DNA of 64,000 bases from contig OZ240241.1 of assembly GCA_965198115.1 (NCBI GenBank), positions 8,288,001-8,352,000 of the forward strand. The letters run 5' to 3'. Made by a program: the position numbers and the translations under genes. Below are positions 39,250 through 49,858 of the stretch, one piece after another. Under the pieces are notes generated by a model that was not told where the DNA came from, did no database searches, and was given only the letters and a program-made list of their open reading frames with translations. This DNA comes from Candidatus Latescibacterota bacterium (GTDB lineage Bacteria; Latescibacterota; UBA2968). Numbering within the stretch: position 1 is the first letter of the stretch; each line of letters begins with the position of its first letter.

Positions 39250-40239
39250 ATGCGTGACATCGTGGTCTTCAGTGGCAAAGCCCATCCTCAACTCTCCCAG
39301 GAGATCTGCCGTCATCTGGACGTCGAGCTGAGCGCGAGCACGCTGAATCATTTCAGCAACGACTGCATGCAGGTTCAGCTCGATGCGAACTGTCGGGAGG
39401 CGGATGTGTTCATCATCCAGCCGATCGTACCTCCGGTCCACGATAACCTGATGGAGTTGCTCCAGATGCTCGACGCGGCTCGGGGCGCCTCGGCTGCCCG
39501 GACGACGGCCGTCATGCCTTACTATGGTTATGCGAGATCAGACAAGAAGGACGCGCCGCGAATCTCGATCGCGGGGAGGCTCGTGGCCGATCTGCTGTCG
39601 ACCGCTGGTGCCGGTCGTGTTCTGACGATGACCCTGCACGCGCCACAGGTGCACGGCTTCTTCAGCGTACCGGTCGACTATCTGAACGCGCTCCACGTGC
39701 TCGCCCGCCACTTCAAGGATCGTGATCTGTCCAACGCGGTTGTCGTTTCCCCCGATCTCGGCCGGGCGAAGGAAGCGGCCCATTTCGCCAGACTGCTCGG
39801 GGTCGGGGTGGCTGCGGGCAATAAGCGCCGCATCAGTGACGAGAAAGTGGTGATCTATATGATCGTCGGTGATGTGGACGAAAAAGAAGTAATCGTGCTG
39901 GACGACGAGGTGGCGACGGGGGCGACACTGGTGGAGTTGATCGATCGGTTGCGCGAGCGAAACGTGAGCCAAGTGACGATCGCGTGTACGCACGGGCTGT
40001 TCACGGGGAAGGCGATGGATCGTTTCTGCGCGATTTCGGAGCTGAAGGAGATTGTGACGACCGATACGGTCCCATTGTCGGAGGAGATGGCGGCCGAGTC
40101 TAAAGTGACCGTTCTGTCGGTCGCCCCGTTGCTGGCCGAGACGATCAATCGGATCCATATGGGCAAGTCGGTCAGTAGTCTGTTCACGGCCCCCGATTGG
40201 GCGACAGGCGAGGATGTGGAATCGGCCGAGCCTGACTGA
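39250..40239 (+). CDS. prs: Ribose-phosphate pyrophosphokinase
   Basis: PYYGYARSDKK, LHAPQVHGFF, VSPDLG, VLDDEVATGAT and CTHGLF motifs; AAGGAG RBS. Confidence 0.95.
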   Translation: MRDIVVFSGKAHPQLSQEICRHLDVELSASTLNHFSNDCMQVQLDANCREADVFIIQPIVPPVHDNLMELLQMLDAARGASAARTTAVMPYYGYARSDKKDAPRISIAGRLVADLLSTAGAGRVLTMTLHAPQVHGFFSVPVDYLNALHVLARHFKDRDLSNAVVVSPDLGRAKEAAHFARLLGVGVAAGNKRRISDEKVVIYMIVGDVDEKEVIVLDDEVATGATLVELIDRLRERNVSQVTIACTHGLFTGKAMDRFCAISELKEIVTTDTVPLSEEMAAESKVTVLSVAPLLAETINRIHMGKSVSSLFTAPDWATGEDVESAEPD

Positions 40240-40347
40240 GGTTTTCAGTCTGATAGGCACAATGACCCGGCCGATTACCGACCGATCACCCTGAGTTGAC
40301 GATTCGGAGAAATCAGTTCCAGACGATTGTATTTTGATTGACCGTCA

Positions 40348-40409
40348 GTATCGAAGGGCGATCGGTCGCCACAATGGTCTCTCTGCAGCGCCCACTCGCC
40401 CTTCGATAC
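40348..40409. repeat. Two-armed family D-like inverted repeat
   Basis: Perfect 14-bp arms GTATCGAAGGGCGA / TCGCCCTTCGATAC with a 34-nt spacer. Confidence 0.7.
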
Positions 40410-40546
40410 GGGGATCTATTTCATTCACATTGGCGGTGGTTCAGTGTGATTCGCGATTCCCCTACTCAGGGTGAGCGGGTCAGGACTCCTTGTGATGCAT
40501 CCGCCTTTGGGTTTTCCTGACAACTGACGCCTGACGACTGGCAACT

Positions 40547-42967
40547 GTGCTCCACAACTACCTCACATCCGCCCTTCGCAACCTCTGGAAACACAAGGGC
40601 TACTCTCTCATCAACATCCTCGGTCTCGCCGTGGCTGTGGCCTCCTGCCTGCTGCTGCTGTTCGTTGTCCAGGTAGAGACGTCCTACGATAACTTCCATC
40701 CCGACGTCGATCGGCTCTACAAGGTCGTTCGCACGACGCGGATGAGTAAGACCGAGCTTGAATACAAGTTCGGGACTTTGGGGCCACTAGGTCCTGCTCT
40801 CGAGGAGACTTTTCCAGAAGTGGAACGGGCCGTCCGTTTCATGCCCATTTGGGGGCTCATCCAGCACGATGAGAAGTCGTTCCAAGGCAGCATTTTTCTC
40901 ACCGATGCGGATGTGTTCGAGGCCTTTGGGTTCGAGATCGTCTTTGGCGATCCAGAAAAGGTTTTCGCGGAGCCTTTCGCCCTCTTCGTGACGGAGTCGA
41001 TGGCGAAACGATTTTTCGGGGATGAAGACCCGATCGGAAAGATCCTCAAGTTAGAGTATCAGAGCGAGGACTTCGTCGTACGTGGGGTGATCCGGGATCT
41101 TCGGAACACGCAGTTCTGGTTCGACGGGCTCATGGCGACGCTACCCAATGACAGGCCTGCCATCAGGCGTTGGGAGCATTGGCGCCCACTGTCCAACTCC
41201 CGTCCGGTCGAGACATACGTTCAACTCCGTAAGGGTACGGATCCGAAGGTCCTGGAAGGAAAACTCAGTCAGATTGTTGAAGCGAACATGGGGTCTAAAT
41301 GGGTCAAGCAGATCGGCCATCGTCTGATGCCGATGAAGGACGTTTGGCTGTACGCCCATCGGGAATACGGCATTGATTGGTACGGCGATATCGAACTGCT
41401 CTACGCGATCGGCGTGATCGCCTTATCGATTCTGGTGATCGCGTGCTTCAACTATATCAACCTTGCCACGGCGCGATCGCAGGGTCGTGCGCGCGAAGTC
41501 GGGCTTCGAAAGGTCGTCGGCGCGTACCGCCATCAGGTCACGGTCCAGTTCTTCGGAGAGTCGGTGATGGTCGTCTGTGTGGCGACCCTTCTCGGGATCG
41601 TGATAGCGAGACTGTTCCTTCCGACATTCAACCTCCTGATCGGTAAGAACGTCCCGTTCGGCATGCTGAATCCCACGGCCGTGACCGGGCTTTTGGCGGT
41701 AGTGGGCGTCGTTGCGCTCCTGAGTGGTCTTTACCCGTCGCTCGTCCTGTCTTCGTTTGAGCCGACGGATGTGCTCAAGGGGTCCGTGTCCAGAACACGC
41801 AGGGGGATCTGGTTGCGGCGTGCCCTCGTGATCGTGCAGTTCGGGATCTCCGTGGCATTGGGCGTCGGTATTCTGGTGATGGACAGGCAGATGGCGTTGA
41901 TCCAGACCAAAGATCTCGGGTTCACCCGTACGAACATCCTCGGGATCTTTCAACCTCTGGAGAACCTGCTTGACGAAGAGATGCCGGCCAGGCGCGAAGA
42001 GCTGAGGAAGGTCTTCGGAAACCATCCATCGATCCTGGCCTCGGGCCGCTCCAGGAGATTTCCCGGGATGCGGAACGATTCGAACGTCATCTGGATTCCC
42101 GAGGGACCGGACCAGACGAAGATTCGTCTTCCGATGATGGGGATCGACGAGGGCTTTCTCGAGACCTACCAGATTCCGGTGGTCGCCGGCAGGGGGTTCT
42201 CCGAGGAGATTGCGACCGATGCGATAACGGCATTCATTCTCACCGAGGCTGCAGTCAGGCGGTTCGGCTGGGACAATCAGAGCGCGATCGGGAAGACGAT
42301 CGCGTGTCCTGTTAGAGAAAAACAGGATGGGAGGCCACTGGGGCGCGTGATCGGTGTGGTGAAGGACTTCCATCTGAATCCGCTTCATCGCCAGATGCAA
42401 CCCATCGTCATTTTCAAGTGGAACTGGAATATGGACAGTTTCTCCGTCCGCTACCGCGAAGGAGAACGTGACGCCGCCATCGAGCACATCGAGGATGTCT
42501 GGAAACGATACGAGAAATCGGAGCCACCTCGGTACCAGGACCTGGATGTGATGCTCGAAAGAGCCTACGAGCCGGACCGGCAGTTGATCAAGACGTCCCG
42601 CGTGTTCGGCACGATCGCGTTGGTTGTCGCCTGCATGGGACTGATGGGCCTGACGGCGTTCACGACACACCAGCGTATGAAGGAGATCGGGGTAAGAAAG
42701 GTCCTTGGCGGATCGACGCGCAGTCTGATCAGACTGCTGACGAAGGAAGTCGCCCTGCTAGTCGTTCTCGCCAACGTGGTCGCCGCACCCTTCGGTTACT
42801 GGGTGGCGACAAACTGGCTGGATAGCTTTCAGTATCGCGTGGAGATCGGCTTCCCGAGCTTTCTCTACGTCGCGTCGATTTCACTCCTGATCGCCATCGT
42901 CACCGTCAGCTACCAGACGCTGAGCGCCGTCCGCACGAACCCCGTCGAGGTCCTCAGAGACGAGTGA
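40547..42967 (+). CDS. MacB/FtsX-type duplicated ABC permease (ADOP-like), copy 1, intact
   Basis: 806 aa; INILGLAVA, IACFNYINLATARS..RAREVGLRKVVGA, QFGIS, GVVKDFH, KEIGVRKVLG and C-terminal NPVEVLRDE. Confidence 0.93.
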   Translation: MLHNYLTSALRNLWKHKGYSLINILGLAVAVASCLLLLFVVQVETSYDNFHPDVDRLYKVVRTTRMSKTELEYKFGTLGPLGPALEETFPEVERAVRFMPIWGLIQHDEKSFQGSIFLTDADVFEAFGFEIVFGDPEKVFAEPFALFVTESMAKRFFGDEDPIGKILKLEYQSEDFVVRGVIRDLRNTQFWFDGLMATLPNDRPAIRRWEHWRPLSNSRPVETYVQLRKGTDPKVLEGKLSQIVEANMGSKWVKQIGHRLMPMKDVWLYAHREYGIDWYGDIELLYAIGVIALSILVIACFNYINLATARSQGRAREVGLRKVVGAYRHQVTVQFFGESVMVVCVATLLGIVIARLFLPTFNLLIGKNVPFGMLNPTAVTGLLAVVGVVALLSGLYPSLVLSSFEPTDVLKGSVSRTRRGIWLRRALVIVQFGISVALGVGILVMDRQMALIQTKDLGFTRTNILGIFQPLENLLDEEMPARREELRKVFGNHPSILASGRSRRFPGMRNDSNVIWIPEGPDQTKIRLPMMGIDEGFLETYQIPVVAGRGFSEEIATDAITAFILTEAAVRRFGWDNQSAIGKTIACPVREKQDGRPLGRVIGVVKDFHLNPLHRQMQPIVIFKWNWNMDSFSVRYREGERDAAIEHIEDVWKRYEKSEPPRYQDLDVMLERAYEPDRQLIKTSRVFGTIALVVACMGLMGLTAFTTHQRMKEIGVRKVLGGSTRSLIRLLTKEVALLVVLANVVAAPFGYWVATNWLDSFQYRVEIGFPSFLYVASISLLIAIVTVSYQTLSAVRTNPVEVLRDE

Positions 42968-43070
42968 AGACAGAACGGGGGAGCGGGAGACGGGGCGCGC
43001 GAGGCGTGGCGATGTTTCTCCTGGCAGCGGACACTTTGGATGGTTGCTCATTTGCCTACAGACAGATCGG

Positions 43071-43146
43071 CGTCAGTTCGAGCGTAGTCGAGAACACGCC
43101 CATTGCGAATCGCGAATAGGGACTTCTCGACTCCGCTCGAAGTGAC
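43071..43146. repeat. Two-armed family D inverted repeat
   Basis: GTCAGTTCGAGCGTAGTCGAGAA ... TTCTCGACTCCGCTCGAAGTGAC. Confidence 0.75.
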
Positions 43147-43284
43147 CTTGCTGCGTCATTCTCATGTGCGGCTTACACAGTGCCTAGCGTTCAGGCTCGG
43201 TGCAGTACACTGACACATACCTCAGACTTCCGACGCCTTCTGGTATTTCCTGGCAACTGAACCTGACAACTGGCAACCCTCTAC

Positions 43285-45702
43285 ATGTTCCGTAACTACC
43301 TGACCTCCGCCCTCCGCAACCTTTGGAAGCACAAGGGCTACTCCTTCATCAACATCTTCGGCCTGTCCGTGGCCGTCGCGTCGTGCCTGCTCCTGCTGTT
43401 CGTCGTGCAGGTCGAGACCGCCTACGACGCGTTCCACCCTGACGTCGATCGGCTGCACCGGGTCATCCGCTCGACACGGATGAGCGAGACGGAAACGGAA
43501 TACACGTTCGGCACGATGGGGCCCCTTGGACCTGCGCTCGAGGCGACTTTTCCCGAGGTCGAACACGCCGTTCGTTTCTTTTCGCTCTGGGGCACGCTGG
43601 AGCACGGAGAGAAGGCGTTCCCGGGGGAGATCATGATCACGGATCCCGGCGTGTTCGAGGTCTTCGGTTTCGAGATCGTCTCGGGCGATCCGGAGATCGT
43701 GTTCGGCGAGCCGTATGGGCTGTTCGTGACGGAGGAAACGGCGAGCAAGTTCTTCGGCGACGAGGACCCGATCGGCAGAACGCTCAAGCTGAACTGGATG
43801 ACCGACGAGTTTGTCGTCCGGGGCGTGATGCGAGATCTTCGGAACACACAGCTGTCGTTCAGCGCACTGACGACGACCGTACCCAACGACGAGTTCATCA
43901 TCCGGCACATCGAGACCTGGCGACCGCTGTCAAACTCGCGATGGGTCGATACCTATGTGAAGTTGCGTGAGGGTGCTGATCCCGGTGAACTGGAGTCGAA
44001 GCTGGATCAGATCGTCGAAATCAACATGGGCGGCGAGTGGCTCGAGAAGATCGGCTACCGGCTGATGCCCATGAAGGAGGTCTGGCTTTGCACACCAGCG
44101 TTACGGAATCGATCGATACGGCGACATCGCCCTGCTCTATGCGATCGGCGCGATCGCCCTGTCGATTCTGGTGATCGCCTGCTTCAACTACATCAACCTG
44201 GCCACGGCACGCTCACAGAGCCGGGCACTCGAGGTCGGTCTCCGGAAAGTGGTCGGCGCCTACCGGAAGCAGGTCGCGGGGCAGTTCTTCGGGGAGTCTA
44301 CGGTCGTTGCTCTCGTGGCGACCGGTCTGGGGATCATGATGGCCAGGCTCTTCCTGCCGACGTTCAACGGTCTGATCGACAAGAACGTCCCGTTCGATCT
44401 CCTGAATCCAACGGTCGAGCTCGGGCTTCTGGCGGTGCTGGTCGCGGTCGCCCTCCTGAGCGGCCTCTATCCGGCCATCGTTTTGTCCGCGTTCGAGCCG
44501 AACGAGGTCCTGAAGGGAGCGATATCCAGAACGCGCAGGGGCATCTGGCTGCGGCGCTCGCTCGTGATCGCCCAGTTCGGAATCTCCGTCGCGCTCGGTG
44601 TCGGGATCCTGGTGATGGACCGGCAGATGGTGTTCGTTCAGACGAAGGACCTGGGTTTCGCCCGCGAGAACGTCATTGGAGTTTTCGGGCCGCTGCAGAA
44701 CCGTCCGGATCTCTATGGCAGAAGCCCGAGGACGGAGGCGCGAAGAGCGTTCGGGGATCATCCGTCGATCGTGTCTGCAGCGTGTTCGAGGCGGTTTCCG
44801 GGGTTGCGGAACGATTCGAACGTGATCTGGATCCCGGAGGGCCCCATTCGACGCGAGTTTCGCTTCCCAATGATGGCTATCGACGAGAAGTTCCTCGAGA
44901 CTTACGACATCCCGCTTCTGGCCGGTCGGGGTCTGGCGGAGGATCGGGAGACCGACGCGACGCACACCTACCTGCTGACGGAATCCGCGGCGAGGGCCTT
45001 CGGGTGGAACAGTCAGGACGCGATCGGCAAAGAACTCGAGTGCCCGATCTACGAGACGAAGGACAAACGGCCCCGCGGCCAGGTGATCGGTGTGGTGAAG
45101 GATTTTCACCTGAACCTGCTCCATCGCCAGATGCAGCCGATCGTGCTGTTCATGTCGGAGCGGTCGCTCTGGGCCTTCTCTGTTCGATATCGCGAGGGTC
45201 AGCGGGATGCCGCGGTCGCCCACATCGAGGAGGCGTGGAAACGCTACCAGAAGACGGAGCCGCCCCGCTACGAGGACCTGGATGTGATGCTCGAGCGGGA
45301 GTATGAGCCGGACCGCCAGCTGATCAAACCTCCCGTGTGTTCGGCATCATCGCGCTGGTCGTCGCCTGCATGGGGCTGATGGGCCTGACGGCGTTCACCA
45401 CCCACCAGCGGATGAAGGAAATCGGCGTACGAAAGGTTCTTGGCGGATCAACCCGCAGCCTGATGAGACTACTGACGAACGAAGTCGCTACGCTGGTCAT
45501 CCTGGCCAACGTCGCCGCCGCCCCCTTCGGCTACTTGGTTGCGATGAACTGGCTGGGGAGCTTCCAGTACCGCGTGGAGATCGGCGCGGCCAACTTCGCG
45601 ATCGTGGCCGTGTCCTCCCTTCTGATCGCCATCTTCACGGTCAGCTATCAGACGCTGTCCGCAGTCCGCGCGAATCCCGTTGACGTGTTGAGAGACGAAT
45701 AG
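43285..45702 (+). pseudogene. MacB/FtsX-type permease, copy 2, frameshifts near 44089 and 45327
   Basis: Collinear with copy 1 across three ORFs; a 2-nt and a 1-nt loss relative to copy 1. It may be intact in vivo. Confidence 0.85.
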
Positions 45703-48208
45703 CGCCACAAGCAGAACGGGGGTGCGGGGGAGCGGGAGAGAATCCATCCCATTCGCGAATGACCTGTGGTTCTCGAAGAGATCGATCGTCTTACGTCGTA
45801 ACGTCGGTCATCGTCACTGGTCCTGATCCCCCGCTCTCCCCATCTCCCCTCTCCCGCTCAGCCTGGCACCGACTCGGTCTGGTATCTTCCACTGGATCAG
45901 GACATTCAGCTATGCTCCGCAATTACATCACCTCCGCCCTCCGCAACCTTTGGAAGCACAAGGGCTACTCCTTCATCAACGTCCTCGGGCTGTCCGTGGC
46001 GGTGGCCTCCTGCCTGCTGCTCCTGTTCGTCGTTCAACTCGAGACGTCTTACGACGCCTTTCACCCCGATGTAGATCGTCTTTACAAAGTCATCCGCTCG
46101 ACGAAGATGAACAAGACCGAGTACGAATACACGGCGGGCACACTCGGCCCGCTGGGCCCGGCGCTCGAAGCGACGTTCCCGGAGGTGGAGCACGCCATCC
46201 GCTTCTTGCACTACTGGGGAATGCTTGAACACGAGGAGAAGTCGCTGGGGGGAAACATCTGCATCACCGATCCGCACGTGTTTGACGTTTTTGGGTTCGA
46301 GGTCATCTCGGGTGACCCCGGCGCGTTCTTCGATGAGCCCTTTGCCATCTTCGTGACGGAGACGACAGCGAAGCGGTTTTTCGGGGACGAGGACCCTCTC
46401 GGTAAGATCCTCACGATGGATTGGCTGAATGGTGACTACGTCGTTCGGGGCGTCATCAAGGATCTACCACCCTCGACAGTCTGGTTCGGTGCGCTGACTG
46501 CTACGCTTCCAAATAATTACTTCGCCGGAAGGCACTGGGAGCTCTGGGAGCCGCTGACCAACTCCCGTCCCGTCGAGACGTATGTCAAGCTGCGGGAAGG
46601 CGCCGATCCCGGGGCGCTCGAGCAGCAAGTCGAGTCAGATTGTTGAAGCCAACATGGGCGCTAAATGGGTGGATAAGATCGGCTATGTCTCACGCCGATC
46701 CGGGATGTCTGGCTCTACGCCCATCAGGAATTCGGGATCGATTGGTACGGCGACATCGCGTTTCTGTATGCGATCGCCGCCATCGCCGGGTCGATTCTGG
46801 TGATCGCGTGCTTCAACTACATCAACCTGGCCACCGCACGTTCGCAAAGCCGGGCGCAGGAGGTGGGTCTCCGTAAGGTCGTGGGAGCTTATCGACACCA
46901 GATCGCGCGCCAGTTCTTCGGGGAGGCAGCGGTGGTCGTGTGTGTGGCGACCGTTCTCGGGATCGTGATGGCGAAGCTGTTCCTGCCGACCTTCAACAGC
47001 CTGACGGACAAGAACGTGCCCTTCGACATCCTGAACCCGATGGCCGTCATCGGGCTTTTCGTGGTGGTCGGAATCGTCGCACTCATGAGCGGTATCTACC
47101 CGGCGATCGTCCTTTCTTCGTTCCAGCCCACGGAGGTGCTGAAAGGATCGTTGCACCGAACGAGAAGGGGTATCTGGTTACGACGAGCGCTGGTCATCGT
47201 TCAGTTTGGGATCTCTGTCGCTCTGGGTGTTGGGATCCTGGTGATGGACCGACAGATGGCGTTCATTCAGACCAAAGACCTGGGTTTCACGCGCAAGAAC
47301 ATCCTGGCCGTCGACCACCCCTTGGTAAACCGGCAAGACCTGGAACCCAGGCTCCAGGAGGTGAGGGAGGAATTCGGACGCCATCCTGCGATCCTGTCAT
47401 CCGCATTTTCGCGGCGGTTTCCAGGCAGGCGAAATGACTCGAACGTCATTTGGATCCCCGAGGGTCCGGTCCGAATCGAGTATCGCTTGCCTATGATGTC
47501 GATCGACGAGGGCTTCCTGGATACTTATCAGATCCCCTGGTAGAAATCTGTCGAATGACATCGCGACCGATTCGACATCTGCGTTCATCCTGACCGAGTC
47601 TGCCGCCAGGACCTTCGGCTGGGACAACGAGAGTGCGATCGGCAAAGAGCTCGAGTGCCCGGTTCGAGAGAAACAATCCAACAGGCCCAGGGGACGCGTC
47701 ATCGGGGTGGTGAAGGACTTCCACCTGAACCCACTCCACCGCCGGATGCAGCCCATTGTCCTGTTCCAATGGAACTGGGTTCTCCAGCACATCTCGTTGC
47801 GCTATCGGGAAGGTGCGCGAGACGAGGTCGCCGCGCACGTTGAGAGGGTCTGGAAGCGCTACGACAGCTCGCTCGAGCCCGAGTACTACGATTTGGACGA
47901 AATCCTGGGATGGGATTACACCAAGGACAATCAACTGATCAAGACGTCCCGCGTGTTCGGTTTGATCGCATTGGCCATTGCCTGCATGGGGCTGATGGGC
48001 CTGACGGCATTCACGACGCAGCAGAGGTTGAAGGAGATCGGTGTACGAAAAGTCCTTGGGGGAGAAGCGCCGGGACTGGTCGGGCTGCTGACGAGGGAGA
48101 TCGGTTCTCTGGTGATATTGGCGAACGTCTTTGCCGCCCCTGCCGGACTCTGGCAGACAGATGGCTGGAGAGCTTCCAATATCGTGTCGAGATCGGCGCA
48201 ACGAGCTT

Positions 48209-49582
48209 GAGTTCAGGTCAATAGGTGTGTAAAAGAAATCAGGCGGCCATCTTCCCGGCTTCGACCTGCGGTCCGGTTGAGTGTTTCTGATCGTAGACTT
48301 GTTGTAGCAAGTGTGGCGCGGTGAGTTTCCTGAATCGGCTCTCTGCGACCTTGAGCGTACGCCAGATGAGAGTCGTGGCGTTCCTGACTTTCTTGAATCG
48401 CCTGGCGGCGTTTGTGCGAAGCCGAACGGAAGCAAAGGGGCTCTCGACGACGTTCGTGGTTCTCAGGTGTTTCCAGTGTTCCTTCGGGAAGTCGTAGAAC
48501 GTGACCATCCGATCCCAGTTTCTTTCGAGCGTCTCCACGGCGGCAGGGAACTGTGAGCGATACCGTGCGGCAAAGCGTTTCCGGAGCTTCTCGGCCTCCT
48601 TTTTCGTGCCGGCATAGGGGATCTGGACGAGCAGTGCGCGGGCTTCAGCCTGTGCACGCTTGGCGACCTTGTCGAGCACGTTGAGGATCTTGTGGTTCCA
48701 GCACCGTTGTTGCCGGCTCTCTGGCCAGACCTGATCAACGGCCGCCCAGATGCCCATATTCCCGTCCGCGGCGATCAGGACAGGATGTTCGAGCCCGCGA
48801 TCCCGGAGATCCCGGAGCACCGTGAGCCAGGATTCTGTAGACTCTCGATAACCGGGTTCTATCGCCAGGATCTCCTTGCTGCCGTCGCTCATCGCGCCGA
48901 TCACGACCAGCAGACACGCCTTCTCGCGCTCGAGCCCGGCTTTGACGTAGATGCCATCAGCCCAGGCGTAGACCAGTTCGCGATTATCCAGACGCCTTTC
49001 TTTCCAGTCCTGGAAGTCGACCTCCCACTTCCCTCGAAGACGAGCGATCGAGGTCGGCGAAAGCGGCGCGCCATCACCGAGCAGCGCACGCAAAGACAAC
49101 TCGAAGTCGCCCTGGGAGAGACCGTGGAGATAAAGGTCGGGAAGCAGATCTCCAATGGCCCTGGTTCTCCGGGCGAACAGGGGGAGGATGCGGCTTTCAA
49201 ACCGCTCTTCCAGACCACGAACCCGGGGACGCCGGACCTTGATCGTTCCGCAGCTCGTCGAGAGACGCCGGGGCTTGCCGTAGCCGTTCCTGTAGCCCGT
49301 GGAGCTATCGACCTCGGCTCGGCGCTCATACCACGACCGGCCCAAGAACGCGGTCGCCTCCTCCTCCAGAATGGACTGGAACCGGCCCTGGATCTCTTCA
49401 CGGATCCAATCGTCAACCGTCTCCCACGTCGGCATGGACTTCAATGGGGCTCTATGCGTATGTTCCTTCACGGCGATCCTCCTTCCCAACCGGGCCTCTC
49501 ACCCGGTTTTGTGTGAATCAACTATCTCACGGGAAGGGTAGGGTCGCCCTTTCTCTTTTTCCACACCTTTTGATTATAGCTC
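48209..49582 (-). mobile_element. IS256-family insertion sequence, type B, copy 2 (1374 bp)
   Basis: Near-identical to 12241-13611; 8-bp duplication ACGAGCTT at 48201-48208 and 49583-49590. Confidence 0.95.
48239..49471 (-). CDS. IS256 family transposase (copy 2)
   Basis: Same protein as copy 1, with GNMGIWAAV instead of GNMGRAAV and a few substitutions. Confidence 0.93.
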   Translation of the reverse strand: MKEHTHRAPLKSMPTWETVDDWIREEIQGRFQSILEEEATAFLGRSWYERRAEVDSSTGYRNGYGKPRRLSTSCGTIKVRRPRVRGLEERFESRILPLFARRTRAIGDLLPDLYLHGLSQGDFELSLRALLGDGAPLSPTSIARLRGKWEVDFQDWKERRLDNRELVYAWADGIYVKAGLEREKACLLVVIGAMSDGSKEILAIEPGYRESTESWLTVLRDLRDRGLEHPVLIAADGNMGIWAAVDQVWPESRQQRCWNHKILNVLDKVAKRAQAEARALLVQIPYAGTKKEAEKLRKRFAARYRSQFPAAVETLERNWDRMVTFYDFPKEHWKHLRTTNVVESPFASVRLRTNAARRFKKVRNATTLIWRTLKVAESRFRKLTAPHLLQQVYDQKHSTGPQVEAGKMAA

Positions 49583-49858
49583 ACGAGCTTCCTTCTCATC
49601 GCACTGTTCTCATTATCCATCGCGATCCTCACAGTCAGCTACAAGACGCTGAGTGCCGTTCGAGCGAACCCGGTGGAGGTGTTGAGGGATGAGTGATCCT
49701 CGACCCGGCACATCTGGATTCTACCGAACGGAGCGGGTGAACGGGGGACGGGAGACGGGGAGAGCGGGCGTGGCGATGTTCTTTGCCGTGAGGCTTTCGT
49801 TTATCGGATCGGTGGCGGGTCGTCTTCATTCCTCCGGTTTCCCTGACAACTGACAACT

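Larger units (their letters stand above)
45912..49696 (+). pseudogene. MacB/FtsX-type permease, copy 3, interrupted by IS256-B and frameshifted
   Basis: Indels near 46625, 46687, 47538 and 48150. The final TM helix and NPVEVLRDE lie beyond the IS, at 49583-49696. Confidence 0.88.

Noticed and set aside
12241-49582. 37-kb composite transposon bounded by the two IS256-B copies
   Set aside because: Each copy has its own 8-bp duplication (GCGCCTGC, ACGAGCTT), so they are independent insertions. The cargo also includes housekeeping prs.
43004-49790. Sigma-54 promoters at the repeated TGGCGATGTT motif
   Set aside because: GG-to-GC spacing is 11 rather than 10 at 49771, and no -12 GC is correctly placed in the copy near 43007.
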